Shown here piece after piece: positions 28,623 to 40,470 of a stretch of 64,000 nt of DNA. The translations under genes and the position numbers were made by a program. The first letter of the stretch is position 1. Each line of letters begins with the position of its first letter. Source of the DNA: Octopus vulgaris (Eukaryota); NCBI GenBank assembly GCA_951406725.2, contig OX597820.1:33356001-33420000 (forward strand), written 5' to 3'. The notes beneath the pieces were generated by a model, which saw nothing but the letters and a program-made list of their open reading frames with translations, was not told where the DNA came from and made no database searches.

Positions 28623-28874
28623 CCAAGTGGAAAACAATGAAGTATTTCGGATCGGGCAGAAGCCCAGTGTTTATCCAAGATAAGGAAACAACACTGAACA
28701 ACAACAACAACAACAACAACAGCAACAGCAACAACAACAGCAGCAGCAGCAATGGTTGTTAATCTCAATGTAACTGCACTGTGTTGTTCCCAAGTACTTG
28801 TAATGTGTCAAAGGTGACTCTGTTTGATTATTTCGGACGGAACAAACTCATCGAGGGTTTCGGAAATGAAGGAG

Positions 28875-28912
<38 letters not shown>

Positions 28913-29316
28913 CCATACAAACAGAAAGCGGAATAAGGTAAACAACAGCAAGTATCCTGATAGATAACGATGAATTCAAAATCGTTTTTCCTTGTGTTTG
29001 TTATTGTTCTTGATATTTTTGGTTTTACCCCCCCCCCCACCACCACCACCACCACCATCCCCATATCAGTTTTGATTGAGCAAACCTATGATCAAAAGCA
29101 TTCCTGTCGTGACAGCCCCGTCAACCCCTTTGAGATGTGCGGCTATTTAAAACTGCATCATCGAATGCATCCCTATTTTTTTTTTCTTCCTAGGACGTTA
29201 TGGTTATGATTTGGGGAGAAATGTCGCTGCTGTTTCTAACCTATCTAACCCAACCATACACGAACTTGGGAATTTAAATAAAAATGGTCCAACCGCTGAG
29301 TTACGTTTGGAGTTTA

Positions 29317-29497
29317 CGAGGGGATGCTGAAAAGTTCCTGACTTTAAGGGTATCACAGAAGGCCTGGGTGGAAGCCCGACCTTCCGATTCCCTTTACAGG
29401 AACAAGTGTGCGAATCTGAAGAGGAATATGCTGAATAAAATAATGGTTTTCCTGTATTTTCTTTTATATAAAGCCAGGACCTTTTCAGCATCCCTCG
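29317..29497. mobile_element. Mariner-derived MITE with TA target sites
   Basis: TA|CGAGGGGATGCTGAAAAGTTCCTG ... CCAGGACCTTTTCAGCATCCCTCG|TA. Confidence 0.85.
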
Positions 29498-29979
29498 TAA
29501 ATCCTCGAGTATAGTCCGCAGGGGATTTGTAGGGGGCTGTACCTCTGAAAAACCTAAACCTTGTGTATAATACGCACCCCTTCTCTAACCTGAGTCAAGG
29601 AGGTCTATATAACGTCCTTTGTTTGTAAAATTGTTTACGGTAACATCCTTTATTATTATTGTATATATAACATAATGCAAATATGTAGCTTTTTGTGCAT
29701 TTTGTTTGCAGAAAATAAAGAAATAACAGTAATAACGTTTAATAAATGTTGCTTACTGCAAGTTATGGATGATTCTTTTATGACTTCATTGCTTTCAGGC
29801 TTAGCTCAAGGTATTTTCGCGCCCGACACCACAAAATGCGTCTGAATGAACATTGCCGGACAGCAAAGAGAGACTCGGACATTGCTTAGAAAATAATTTT
29901 CATTTTTAACCTCATATATATAGGGATTTTGACCTTTAAATTTTAGAGAAAAATGCGGATTATACTCGAGGATTTACGG
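29496..29979. mobile_element. Pogo/Tigger-like non-autonomous DNA transposon
   Basis: TIRs CGTAAATCCTCGAGTATAGTCCGCA and TGCGGATTATACTCGAGGATTTACGG|TA. Confidence 0.75.
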
Positions 29980-30942
29980 TATCTCAGATCTAACAGAAAA
30001 ATTAGAAACTCGGTAAAAAAAAAATTATTTTGTTATTTCTTCTGGCTCTTTTACGTTCTGTGTTCAAATCCCGCCGAGGTTAACTTTTCCTTTCATACTC
30101 CTAACGTCGATAAAGTAAAGAATTAGTCAAATACTAATTCTTGGTTTTATGCCTAAACTAGAAACCGTTAAAGGTCACTAAATGTGAGCTGGTAAAATCG
30201 TTTAAAAAGCTTCAAACTTGGCGGTATTTTTTTCCGGCCCTTTACATTCTGGGTTCAAACCCCGCTGTTAAGGACCTTGAAACAACCCAGCGAACTACAC
30301 ATAGAAGATCGTCTCATTGCACCTCTAGGATTTACTTAATTGTCCATTGTACCGCCTCTAAAAGACAAAGATAAAAAGTAGAAGCTCATTTACAGATACT
30401 TCAAGGAAATCATAATACTCTTTTATTCACGTTGCGAAGACTTGAAGAAAATACACAGACTTAACTGGATTATTACACCGTTTGATTTGGGAATAGCGAA
30501 TACCGACATTGAATCATACGTACATCGTAAGCTCATTATATGTGAGCATCTGAAAAACCAAGTCACTGGTTACATGTATAACTATCTGTGACCGTTGGAA
30601 CAATTTGAAGAAAAGAATTAGACACAAAACCAGTAATTTTGAAAGGAGGTAGTTAGTCGATACCATCGTCTCCAGTACTTGATTAGTATTGTATTTTGTC
30701 TTCCTCGGTAATATGAAAAGGATTTGAACTCAGGACGTAAAGAGCCAATAGAAATAATGCGAAGCATTTTGTCCAACGCTCTAACGATTCTGTTAATCTG
30801 CCGCCTCTCCTGATTTAGAGAGAAGGACATCAGTCAAGTACATCGGTGCCAGTACTTGACCGGTATAGTGTTTTATTGACATCAGAGAGGTGAAAGGCAA
30901 AGATGATCTCGGCAGTGTTTGAACCCAGAACATAAAGGGCCT

Positions 30943-32390
30943 TGTATATGCAGGCTGTAGTGCATTCGTCAGTTGATCGTGCAGTGCTTGAAATTTTCCA
31001 GCATTAAACTGCATGTTGTTTATTTCGGTCCACTTAAATATCGAATTCAGGTCCTGTTGTAAGCTTGCGACATCAACTTGGTTTTTTATTGTCTATGATA
31101 ATTTTATATCATCTGCATAGCAAGTGACAATGGCTGTCTAAGTGACCGTGAGCATGTCTAAGAAGTAATAGCCTCAGATCAGTTCCCTGGGGGACATCAC
31201 TTGGGATTTGAGTTTCCTTAAAAAGGGCACCATTGACTGCAACTACCTGACTTCTGTCTTTAAGGAAGTCATGCAGCCATTCTCCCAGTTTACCGCAATG
31301 CCAAGGTCTCACAGCTTATGACTTATCATGCCATGATCTACCTTATCAAAGCCTTTGCAAAGTCAAGGTATATCACACTGACATCTGAATGGTCAAGCAG
31401 CTGTTTCAAAACCCACTCATAGTGCTATAGGAGTTGTGAGGCAGCTTCTTCCTGGGTGTAATCCATGCTGTGTATTGTTCAGTAGGTCATTTTCTTCTGG
31501 GAACATTATCAATGTCTTTCTAATGATTCGCTCCATGACTTTACTGATGTGTGAGGTCAGAGAGATTGACATGTAGTTTTGGGTCTCTACTCTGCTTCAG
31601 CCTTTGTGGATAGGGCATATAATGCCTTCTTTCGGCTTTTTTAGGAAGTTTACCACTTGTAAGGAAGCTTTGGAAAAGTATCCGAAGTGGTTTCGCTAAA
31701 GCCTGTTTACATGCCTACAGGAGAATAACTGGGAAGCCATCAGGACCAGTTGCAGAGCATTATCTCATTTCATCTAAGGCCGCTGTTACATCTGTCTCCT
31801 CAATGTTGATGTAATCAATGGCTGGCGCCTCCTTTTTTAGAGCTGCAATATTAAAGAATTCAGCCGGATTTTTTTATCTGCATGTGTCCAAGGGGGGAAA
31901 TGAAAACACTTTTAAATTGTTCACTGATTATCTCATTTATTCTTCCTGGGTCCGCTATTAGTGAGTCATTCCCATGGAACAATGGTCTTATTTTATATTG
32001 TATTGTGGCTGTTTCCTTTGTGAATTTATAGAAAGCTATGGAATTTGTTTTTATGCTTTCCATAGCTCTCTTCTATCCCTGTGCTCTTTCCCTTTCATAG
32101 GAGAGTTTGATCTTGTTTTCGATTTCTAGGAGTTCTAGGATAGACTTCTACCTATCCTTCAGTTGCTTATTCATCCCCTTTGAGACCTTTGACATGCATC
32201 GCATAAGGATTTTTCTCTCCCTGCGAATCTTGTTTGTCAGTATGCTGGCCTTTCTTTCTGGGGTATATGTAATGCATATAGCTTGCACTGTTGACATAAA
32301 CTGGCTGAGTTTCAAGTCAATGTCTTGCATACATAGAATGTTGGACCAGTTTTATTTGTGGATCTCTTTGTGGATTGATTCCCATTTACA
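30943..32390 (-). mobile_element. CR1/L2-group LINE ORF2 (reverse transcriptase) pseudogene
   Basis: Minus-strand motifs in order: SATGPDGFP, NYMSISLTSHISKVMERII, FDKVDHG-like, VPQGT, YADDIK, MQFNAGKFQAL. Many frameshifts. Confidence 0.85.
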
Positions 32391-32393
32391 TAT

Positions 32394-32434
<41 letters not shown>

Positions 32435-32449
32435 TACATACATACATAT

Positions 32450-32485
<36 letters not shown>

Positions 32486-32934
32486 GCGAACCAGCCACAA
32501 TACAATATAAAATAGAACCATTGTTCCACAGGAATGACTCACTAACTGCGGACCCGGGAAGGATAAGTGAGATAATCAGTGAACAATTTAAAAGTGTCTT
32601 CATTTCCCCTCTTGGACACATATATAATGAGCTACGACGTCACAGGTGCCAAGCTGTATCGGCCTTTGCCTTTCCCTTGGATAACACTGGTGGCGTGGAG
32701 ATGGGAGGCTGATATGCATGGGTGACTGCTGGTCTTCCATAAACAACCTTACCCGGACTTGTGCCTTTCCAGGCAAGTTTGTTTACGGAAGACCAGCGGT
32801 CAGCCATGCATACCGGCCTCCCCTCTCCACGCCACCAGTGTTATCCAAGGGAAAGGCAAGGGCCGATACAGCTTGGCACCAGTGACGTCGCAACTCATTT
32901 CTACAGCTGAGTAAACTGGAGCAACGTGAAATAA

Positions 32935-33270
32935 CTGTGGTGGTCTATCGGTGTCTTCAGTGAGGGTGACGTCATGCCGCCCCACATCTGTTTAACAGGG
33001 TTTTAAGCGCAATTCAGACGGTTATATGAAGCTGGAGACTGTGGTCAAACCTTGACTGGAGAGGGTTGCTGTTGGAAGGCCATATATGTGACTGCAGGAT
33101 TCAGCTTCTTGCCATACCACCGGAATGAGTCAGAAGGTGTCGGAGAATTTCTACGACTTCAGCTGCCCCAAATTCTAGTCACCTAATTCCCACTGATTGT
33201 AATTCCGTAGAATAATGTGTGGGATGCGGCTAAGAAAGACACCAACATCTCTGCCTGCAACACCAAGGCA
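32935..33270 (+). mobile_element. Second maT-like Tc1/mariner transposase fragment
   Basis: Reads VFSEGDVMPPH, ETVVKP*LERVAVGRPY, QDSASCHT, ENFYDF, KKDTN.SACNTK. A matching-type right end (...GAACATCCTG|TA) lies at about 34150-34216, and another at about 16320-16374. Confidence 0.7.
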
Positions 33271-33439
33271 TTTTGCCTATAATTTGAAATAAAAAATATT
33301 ATCAGGCTAACTTTTTTTCTAATTTGCTGTTCGTTGTTTCCGTTAAAGACACCGTTTATTTGGGTAAATGAGATAGATAATTATTTCTAGTTAACTACCT
33401 ACGGCTAGTAAGCTACGAAATTCTTACATTCTCTCGGTT

Positions 33440-34110
33440 TCTCGTAAGTCAGACCGCTACATAGTCCCAACAAACAAAATAGAAAAAGCGTTGTCCCAGA
33501 AGATGGCGAGAGAAATGCGCTGGAAAAATCGCTCTGGCTCATGGGTTCGCTCAAGTAGATAACTATCTCCACCCCAAAGGTGGTGAGAAGGGATATGATA
33601 CGGCCATAAACCTGTCGGAGAGCGACCGATACTTTGACAGTTTGCTCTTCTCAGCTTGACGAACAATGGAGCCTGGGATGGAGGTGTCACCCCGATGATA
33701 GGCCTACCGCCACGGCATGGGAAAATTGTCATACCATCAGGCTTTTTACCGTTCCCTTGGTCTAGCCTCGATGGCTCAAACTAGGAAGGGTAGCCTGCAG
33801 CGTCTAGACCACTCTTTATGATGCCTTTAAGGGTGGTATGGTGTGGGGGACGGTCAACACTATAGGGGCATAACAATGGGTGGAGGCCTAAATAAGGTAG
33901 CGTTTCTCAGTTGAAGGTAGACCTCTTCTGAGGATTGAGGAGGACAAATTTCCACGTTTAATAAGATTAAGATGGCTAGTGGCCAAGATCAAGGAGGTAT
34001 TCGGAGATCTTCCTAGAGACACAGTGAGGAAAGCATGCACCAGGATCCAGAGCCATCTTGGTGGAGACTGGGGGTGTCTACTTTGAGTAAACTGTTACCT
34101 CCCTGACATA
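33440..34110 (-). mobile_element. CRE-clade-like non-LTR retrotransposon 3' fragment (REL endonuclease)
   Basis: Reads HTTLKGIIKSGLDAAGYPS, FEPSRLDQGNGKKPDGMTIFP and FFQRISLAIFWDNAFSIL, matching the RH..LNDII / EP.GL...DGKRPDG / FQR.S.AIQRGNA pattern. Confidence 0.7.
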
Positions 34111-34366
34111 ATCTAGTTGATATTCTTTGACTTTCTAAAATACTTTAATTTTTGGATTAAATATTGTTTTCTTTCCCTTTAACGCAAACTGTCAAAATTA
34201 GCTCGAACATCCTGTACACACGCACGCGCGCGCTTCTTTCAGTTACGGTTTAACTGATCCACTTACAAAGCTTTGATCGGCCTGAGGCTGTAGTAGAAGA
34301 CACTTCCCGAAGGTGCCACCCAGTGGGACTGAACCTGGAACCATGTGGTTGGGAATCAAACTTCTT

Positions 34367-36279
34367 TATTTCATTACATTTGCCATAAAGGCATAATACA
34401 GATGGAAGCCTTGCAGGCTGGACACAGACACAATGATGATGATGGAATGAAAACAGAGATGGTTGGTGGGGGAAGCAGCCAACGACCGCCGATTGTCACT
34501 TCCCGATAACATTGTTCTTATTTTTTTTAAAAAAACACAAATGAGGCATTGCACCTCTTACAACAGTTACAAATTGAGGCGCTGAGCCGCTTACCAATCA
34601 AAATAAGTTCAGCAAATATATTCAACTTCAGGCGCTAAGCCTCTTACCAAAATCACCAAATTAAAATCGAGGCACTAAGACTTCTTACACTGCCTCCCCG
34701 ATTAAGTCTCTTGCCGCCTGCAGTCGCAAGCCGGGGCTCCATTAGAGATAATTATATTCGTCCTTGGTAAAGGAATCCATCACTCTGTAGAAATAATTTT
34801 CCACAATGACCTCCGCAGCTACCTGCAGAAGCCAATCCGGGCTTTCAAGGCAGTTCAGGACATCCTGTTCCTGACCTTCCAGATTCCTCACAAAGTTCTC
34901 TACGGCCCCTCCCTTAAGAAAAACCACAATTCCTCATTTATTATACTGGGAGGGGCTACAGTTTCCTCCGTCGGTGGCACAATTTCTACTGACGAGGTTT
35001 CGGGACATACCGGCAGTGTCCCATTCTATTCTTTTTTTTTGTCTTAGGGGGTGGTTCCTCTGCTTTAATCGGAGGATCATCGCTCCCTCCCGCAGCTTTA
35101 TGATCCTTCGGTGAGCAACCAGTTGCCCACCTTCCTTTTTTTCGGCGAGATTTCTCCCTCCGGAGGAGGCTCATCCACAACCAACTGTACCAGGACCCTA
35201 CTCTGGTCCTGGGAACAGTTCTTTTTTATATGGCCCGGTTCCAGGCATAGGTGACACTGGGGGGGGGGGGGGCAGGACGCGTCCCTTAAGAATCACCAGG
35301 TATCTGCAACCGGCCATTTTCAAAAAATCTGGAAAAACTAGATTCTTGGTTGATTGGGTCCATAGGGTCAAAACAGCTTTTAACCCAACCCTATCAGCCG
35401 CCGGCAAAATTTTAACATTAGGCAGCTTGGATCCGCTGCCAGCCAGACCCCGGGGGATAGTGTCTTCTATCCACACGCGTTCTATCCCGGGTGGCAACCC
35501 GCAGACCCAAGCTCTTGTCAACTTCTTCCCACCATACATGGAAAGAAACAAAATCTCTTTGCCCTCTAAGGGCTGGCACGCAAATTTGCGAGCCTCAAAT
35601 AGCAACCACACCGTTGCATACTTGATACCCCTGGAGATGAATTTAATAGTTGGCAAATACTCTGCCAACTCTTTTTCAGTTTGTGTCTTTTGAAAGAGGG
35701 CGATGATTTCGAGCGACTTCCAGTAAGTCCTTAATACCCCCGTCCTCTCTTCAAAGTTTTTCATCTACTGTTTGAGTGGGACAATCTCCCACTCTAACGC
35801 AGTGTTACCTTTTTTGCCATGTTTTTTTGGGGAAAAAAGTTCACAGAGTTAAAAAAAAACAAATGCAGGAAGACAAAAAAACAGTTCAAAAACACAGCAA
35901 ACTAATTTTCTGGCTATCTTGGTACTCCTGACCAATTAGGTAATCCACTTGGTAATCCAGAGCATAAAACAGTCACACAATTTCCCCAAAAATTGGTAAA
36001 AATTAGCACAATTATAGGAGGAGGGATACGCCCCCCCCCCCCCAAACAAAAAACACTTCTCACCGCTAAGTGAGACTTTAAACACAACTACAAGCAGACA
36101 ATTTGCCAGGAACTCAGTGGAGATTTCTCGTTCGACAAAATATATAAACACGAGCAACAAACCCCCAAAAAACGAATATTTTACCTTGTAGTTGTGCTTC
36201 ACTTGTTCAATAATTCACGACGGTGTACAGCGTTGTGACTCCTAGCAGTGCAAAGAAAACACTGACCAACGCATGCGCA
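34367..36279 (-). mobile_element. ORF1-only (HAL1-like) non-LTR retroelement with 16-bp TSD, inserted in a family A SINE
   Basis: TSD copies GGGAATCAAACTTCTT (34351-34366) and GGGAAGCAAACTTCTT (36280-36295). The host SINE rejoins across the insertion. AATAAA at the 3' end. Gag-like ORF with CX2CX4HX4C and no RT. Confidence 0.75.
34742..35820 (-). pseudogene. Disrupted gag/ORF1-like protein with CCHC zinc knuckle
   Basis: The 188-aa ORF 35764-35198 continues after a poly-C frameshift as QCHLCLEPGHIKKNC, then a Lys/Pro-rich linker and a C-terminal segment ending at 34742. Upstream ATG at 35820. Confidence 0.65.
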
Positions 36280-36353
36280 GGGAAGCAAACTTCTTACCAC
36301 ACAACTACGCTTGTGCCTATTTTAAACCAGATGTAAAAGGCAATAAAAAAAAA

Positions 36354-36735
36354 GGCGTACCTGTGTGGTATGAAACTTGCTTCCCAACCACATGGTTCCG
36401 GGTTCAGTCCCACTACGTGGCACCTTGGGCAAGTGTATTCTACTGCAGCCTTGGGTCGACCAAAGCGTTGTGAGCGGATTTGGTAGATGGAAACTGAAAG
36501 AAGCTCGTCGTATATATATACATATATATATTTGTGTGGCTTTGTGTCTGTCCCCCACCATCGTTTGACAACCGATGTCCGTGTTTACGTCCCCGTAACT
36601 TAGCGGATCGGCAAAAGAGGACGTTAGAATAAGTACCAGGTTTACAAAGAAATCTTGGGGCTGACTTCTTTAAAAATCCCTTTAAGGCGGTGCTCCAGCA
36701 TGGCTGCAGTCAAATGAGTGAAACAAATAAAAGAA
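36354..36735 (+). mobile_element. Family A CORE-type SINE
   Basis: Matches the 15902 copy. Confidence 0.85.
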
Positions 36736-38357
36736 TATATATTGCTCTCCATTCTCTTTTCCTGCCATGAGAATAAATAAATACAAAGATACAGTAGTAG
36801 CCAGAAGCAAAATGCTTTATTTACCAAAAGAAGAAAAAAATATATATATATTTGTTTTAGAATATATATATGCTTGGAATTATATCTCACATACATTTGT
36901 GAAAGCCTGAAGTTAGCAACAGACGTTGAGAAACCATAGCTGGAATTTACAAAATAGGATTTGGAATGGCAGGGAGACAGCAGACAGAACAAGAATTATG
37001 TTGTGGACAATGGCATTTTGGAAGTGGTCACACGGTGGGGGTCAAATCGAAGCAGTAGCCAGTCAATGTGGGAGGAGTGGCCAATCAGGCAGGTAGTGGG
37101 AGTGGCCGGACAACGTCGAGGTGGTGGCTGGTCAGAGCAGGGAGAGTAGCTGGTCAGCCAGGGAGGTGGGGATGGAGTGGCCAATAAGGGATTAGCGGTG
37201 GGAAGGAGGAGACAGGAATATATAAATATATATATTTTTACTTTAAAAAAAAAATGCAATTCTGGCAAGGGAGGCAACTTGAGGTAAGAAAATCTGGTGA
37301 TAGAATTAAACGATCAGGGAGGGTATCGTATTTATCCAACCTTTGTTCCACTTCCAAAGAAATAAGGTGGCTTGATGGGTGTGGTTGGGGTATGTCATTG
37401 TAAGAATCTCGCAGTGGCAATATCATCCCCAGATACCACAATCACAAAACTAGCCCTTATTTTTCTCTTTCATACACATTTTATTCCTAATACTGACAAT
37501 ACCAAACGTTTTGGAAGATGGGCACAGTGGATGAAATCGACCTTAGTATTTTGTTGGTACTTTATTTTATAGACCGAGAAAAGATGAAATGCAAAGTTGA
37601 ACATGGCAGGATTTGAGTGTAAAACATTTAGTTCAACTCTCTGCCAACGCTAACATTCCACCAATTGTAATCATGGAAAAAGTTAATTAGGAATAAGGGT
37701 AATTATTGAAGAAGAGAAAAAGCAATTATCTTTTTATTTAATGAACCACTCTCAATCTACCATCACCACACCATAAACACTTATTTTATCAAGTCCCAGA
37801 GGAATGAAAGGTAAAGTTGACCTTGGCAGGATTTGAACTTAGAATCAAGAATGATGACTGGAGGGGGTTTCAAATACTATACTGTACTTTTAAGTCCAAT
37901 ATTAAACTGCTTCAGCCATTTAAAATATCTTTGTGTAGTAGTATCTGTGGTGATAGAAATATGACTAATAATAATAATAGTGTCTGATTGAGGCACAAGG
38001 CCAGCAATTTTGCGGAGAGGGAATTAGTTGATACCAACCTCAGTAGACATCTGGTATTTATCAACTCTGAAAGGATAAAGCCAAAGTTGCCCTTGGCAAG
38101 ATTTGAACTTTGAACACAATAATAATAGGAACAAAGCTAAAAATTTAGGGAGAGTACACAGTTGGTTCAATCACCACTTCCATACCCACTATACTAGATA
38201 GTACCCTGGTTATACTTTAATCCTAGAAGGATGAAATCAAACTGAACTCAATGTTAAAGGATGTAATTATATACCATTGGACATTATGTCTTAATAAATG
38301 CATAAGGAGAACAGGGAATCATAGATGTAATGACTAGTGTATCCTGGATCCTTTCTA

Positions 38358-39092
38358 AGCAGACAGACAGACCAGCCAACCCATGACTCTCCAACATCGG
38401 ACTAGACAGAGAGACTGACCAATCCTCGGCTCTCCATCCTCCTAACTAGACAGAAACAAATAGACCAATCCATGACTCTCTGATCTGATTAGACAGAAAG
38501 ACAGATCAATCCTTGACTCTCTGATCACCTGATTAGACAGAAAGACAAACCAATCCTTGACTCTCTGATCGCCTAATTAGACAGAAAGACCAATCCTTGA
38601 CTCTCCACTCTAGCCAGACTAATCCTTAGCTCTCCACTTTCTTCCCAAAATAGACAGACAGCAAGACCAGCCCATGACTCTCCAACATCCTGACTAGCAA
38701 GACAGACCAATCCATGACTCTCCAACATCATAACTAGACAGAGAGACAGACCACTCTGTCTCTCCACTCACCTAATTAGACAGACAGACAGATCAATCTT
38801 TGATGCTCCACTCACCTAATTAGACAGACAGACCAATCTTTAACTATCCACTCTAATTCGACAGCCAGACAAATCCTTGACTCTCCACACTTCAAAATAG
38901 ACAGACAGCAAGTCCAACCCATAACTTTCCACTCTCCTATCTAGACAGGCAGACCAACATGTTGCTCTCCAACATCCTTTCTAGTAAGACAGACCAGCCT
39001 GTGACTCACCACCCTCCTTTCTGGATAGGCAGACTGACAGGCCGGCCAACCAATCCTTGACCCTCTCCTTTGAAGATAGCTAGACAGACAGA
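38358..39092. repeat. Degenerate minisatellite with a ~40-50-bp unit (TAGACAGACAGACCAATCC[A/T]TGACTCTCCA...)
   Basis: Roughly 15 diverged units are visible. Confidence 0.85.
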
Positions 39093-39662
39093 TCTGACAT
39101 TAAGTTACATGCAAACAAGCCAAATAAACTAATAAATTATTGCACCATAGCAACCATAGCTGCTGCAATTATATATATGTATGTATATGTGCAGATTGTG
39201 CAATGCATGTGTATGTATACATATGCATGCATGTATACATACACACATTGCCACAACAATACTTTTTGTGTGTTCATATATATATATATATACACACACA
39301 TACACACACATATATATACATGGACACAGACACACATATATATTGCCACAACGATACTTTTTAGCCAGTCACTATCTTCGTTAAACGTTTAACAGCTGCG
39401 TGTTTAACCCTTGCCTCAGTGCTGGGTACCACTGCTGCATGGTGACTGATGATGAAAGTGCCCTTAATTTGATATATCCATGAGGAGATTTTCATCGATG
39501 CAGACAGTGGTGAGTTCACAGGACAATTGCCACAACAATTTTTGTGTGTTCATATATATATATATATACACACACATACACACACATATATATACATGGA
39601 CTGCCAGAAAAAAGAGAAAAAAAAATATGGATTGTTCTGTACTGAGCTGTACTTGAGGGATT

Positions 39663-39746
39663 TCAATCCTCAGCAAGAGCCATCACGCTGAAGTCCATTT
39701 CCTCGGGGTCCCTAGCCATAAACTTCTTCACCATAGCTGCAGCAGA
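39663..39746 (-). CDS. UCHL3: Ubiquitin C-terminal hydrolase (peptidase C12, UCH-L3/L1-like), last coding exon
   Basis: ttttcag-like acceptor ctctttcag|TCT; reads SAAAMVKKFMARDPEEMDFSVMALAED*; 84 nt. Confidence 0.92.
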   Translation of the reverse strand, partial: SAAAMVKKFMARDPEEMDFSVMALAED

Positions 39747-39970
39747 CTGAAAGAGAACAGCATAGAGTTTAATTAAAAACACCAATTAAGGAGGAGCTGG
39801 GTGAAGAATAGAAAGTAGTGGTTTATAAATGATGCATGTGTGTATGTATACATGTGCATTTAAATATATATACACATACATATACCTATATTATATATTA
39901 TAATAAGAGATACATACACATATATACACACACACACACATACACACCGATCTATCTATGTGTGTGTGTG

Positions 39971-40275
39971 GAGGTGCAATGGCCCAGTGGTTAGGGCAGC
40001 GGACTCACAGTCAGAAGGTCGCGGTTTTGATTCCCAGACCGGGTGTTGTGTATGTTTATTGAGCGAAAACACCTAAAGCTCCACGAAGCTCTGGCAGAGG
40101 GTGGTGGCGACCCCTGTTGTACTCTTTCGCCCCAAATTTCTCTCATTCTTTCTTCCTGTTTCTTGAGTAATGCTGTGATGGACTGGCATCCTGTCAGGCT
40201 GGGGGGGGGGTAACACATATGCCATAGAAACCAGGCCCATGAGCCTGGCTAGGCTTGAAAAGGGCACATAAATAA
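39971..40275 (+). mobile_element. Family C tRNA-derived SINE (intronic)
   Basis: Homologous to the 26330 copy, with an A-rich tail. Confidence 0.8.
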
Positions 40276-40281
40276 ATAATA

Positions 40282-40470
40282 TCTCTCTCTATATAAACGG
40301 CAGTTTGTCTGTGCGTGTTTCTGTGTGTCTGTTTTCTCGTACCCTCACTCTGACCACAGCTTTCAACCGATTCTGATGAAACTTGACACACACATAGCCC
40401 AATGTCATAATTCAAAACTAACGCAGCGAAAATTTTTACAAACCTGAGCAACGCCGGGCGATACTGCTAG
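40282..40470 (+). mobile_element. Short non-autonomous Helitron
   Basis: A|TC 5' end and CTAG|T 3' end, with subterminal hairpin CCTGAGCAACGCCGGG. Confidence 0.75.

Noticed and set aside
27867-28640. 257-aa Cys/Met/Tyr/Val-rich ORF
   Set aside because: Translation of degenerate (ATGT/ATGC)n repeats; open in most frames.
34540-34690. CRISPR-like repeat-spacer pattern
   Set aside because: Eukaryotic context, repeats are degenerate and irregularly spaced, and there are no cas genes. Kept only as retroelement 3' UTR hairpins.
40372-40382. CTGATGAAA resembling a hammerhead core
   Set aside because: No stem II or separate GAAA/stem I arrangement; it lies within a Helitron interior.
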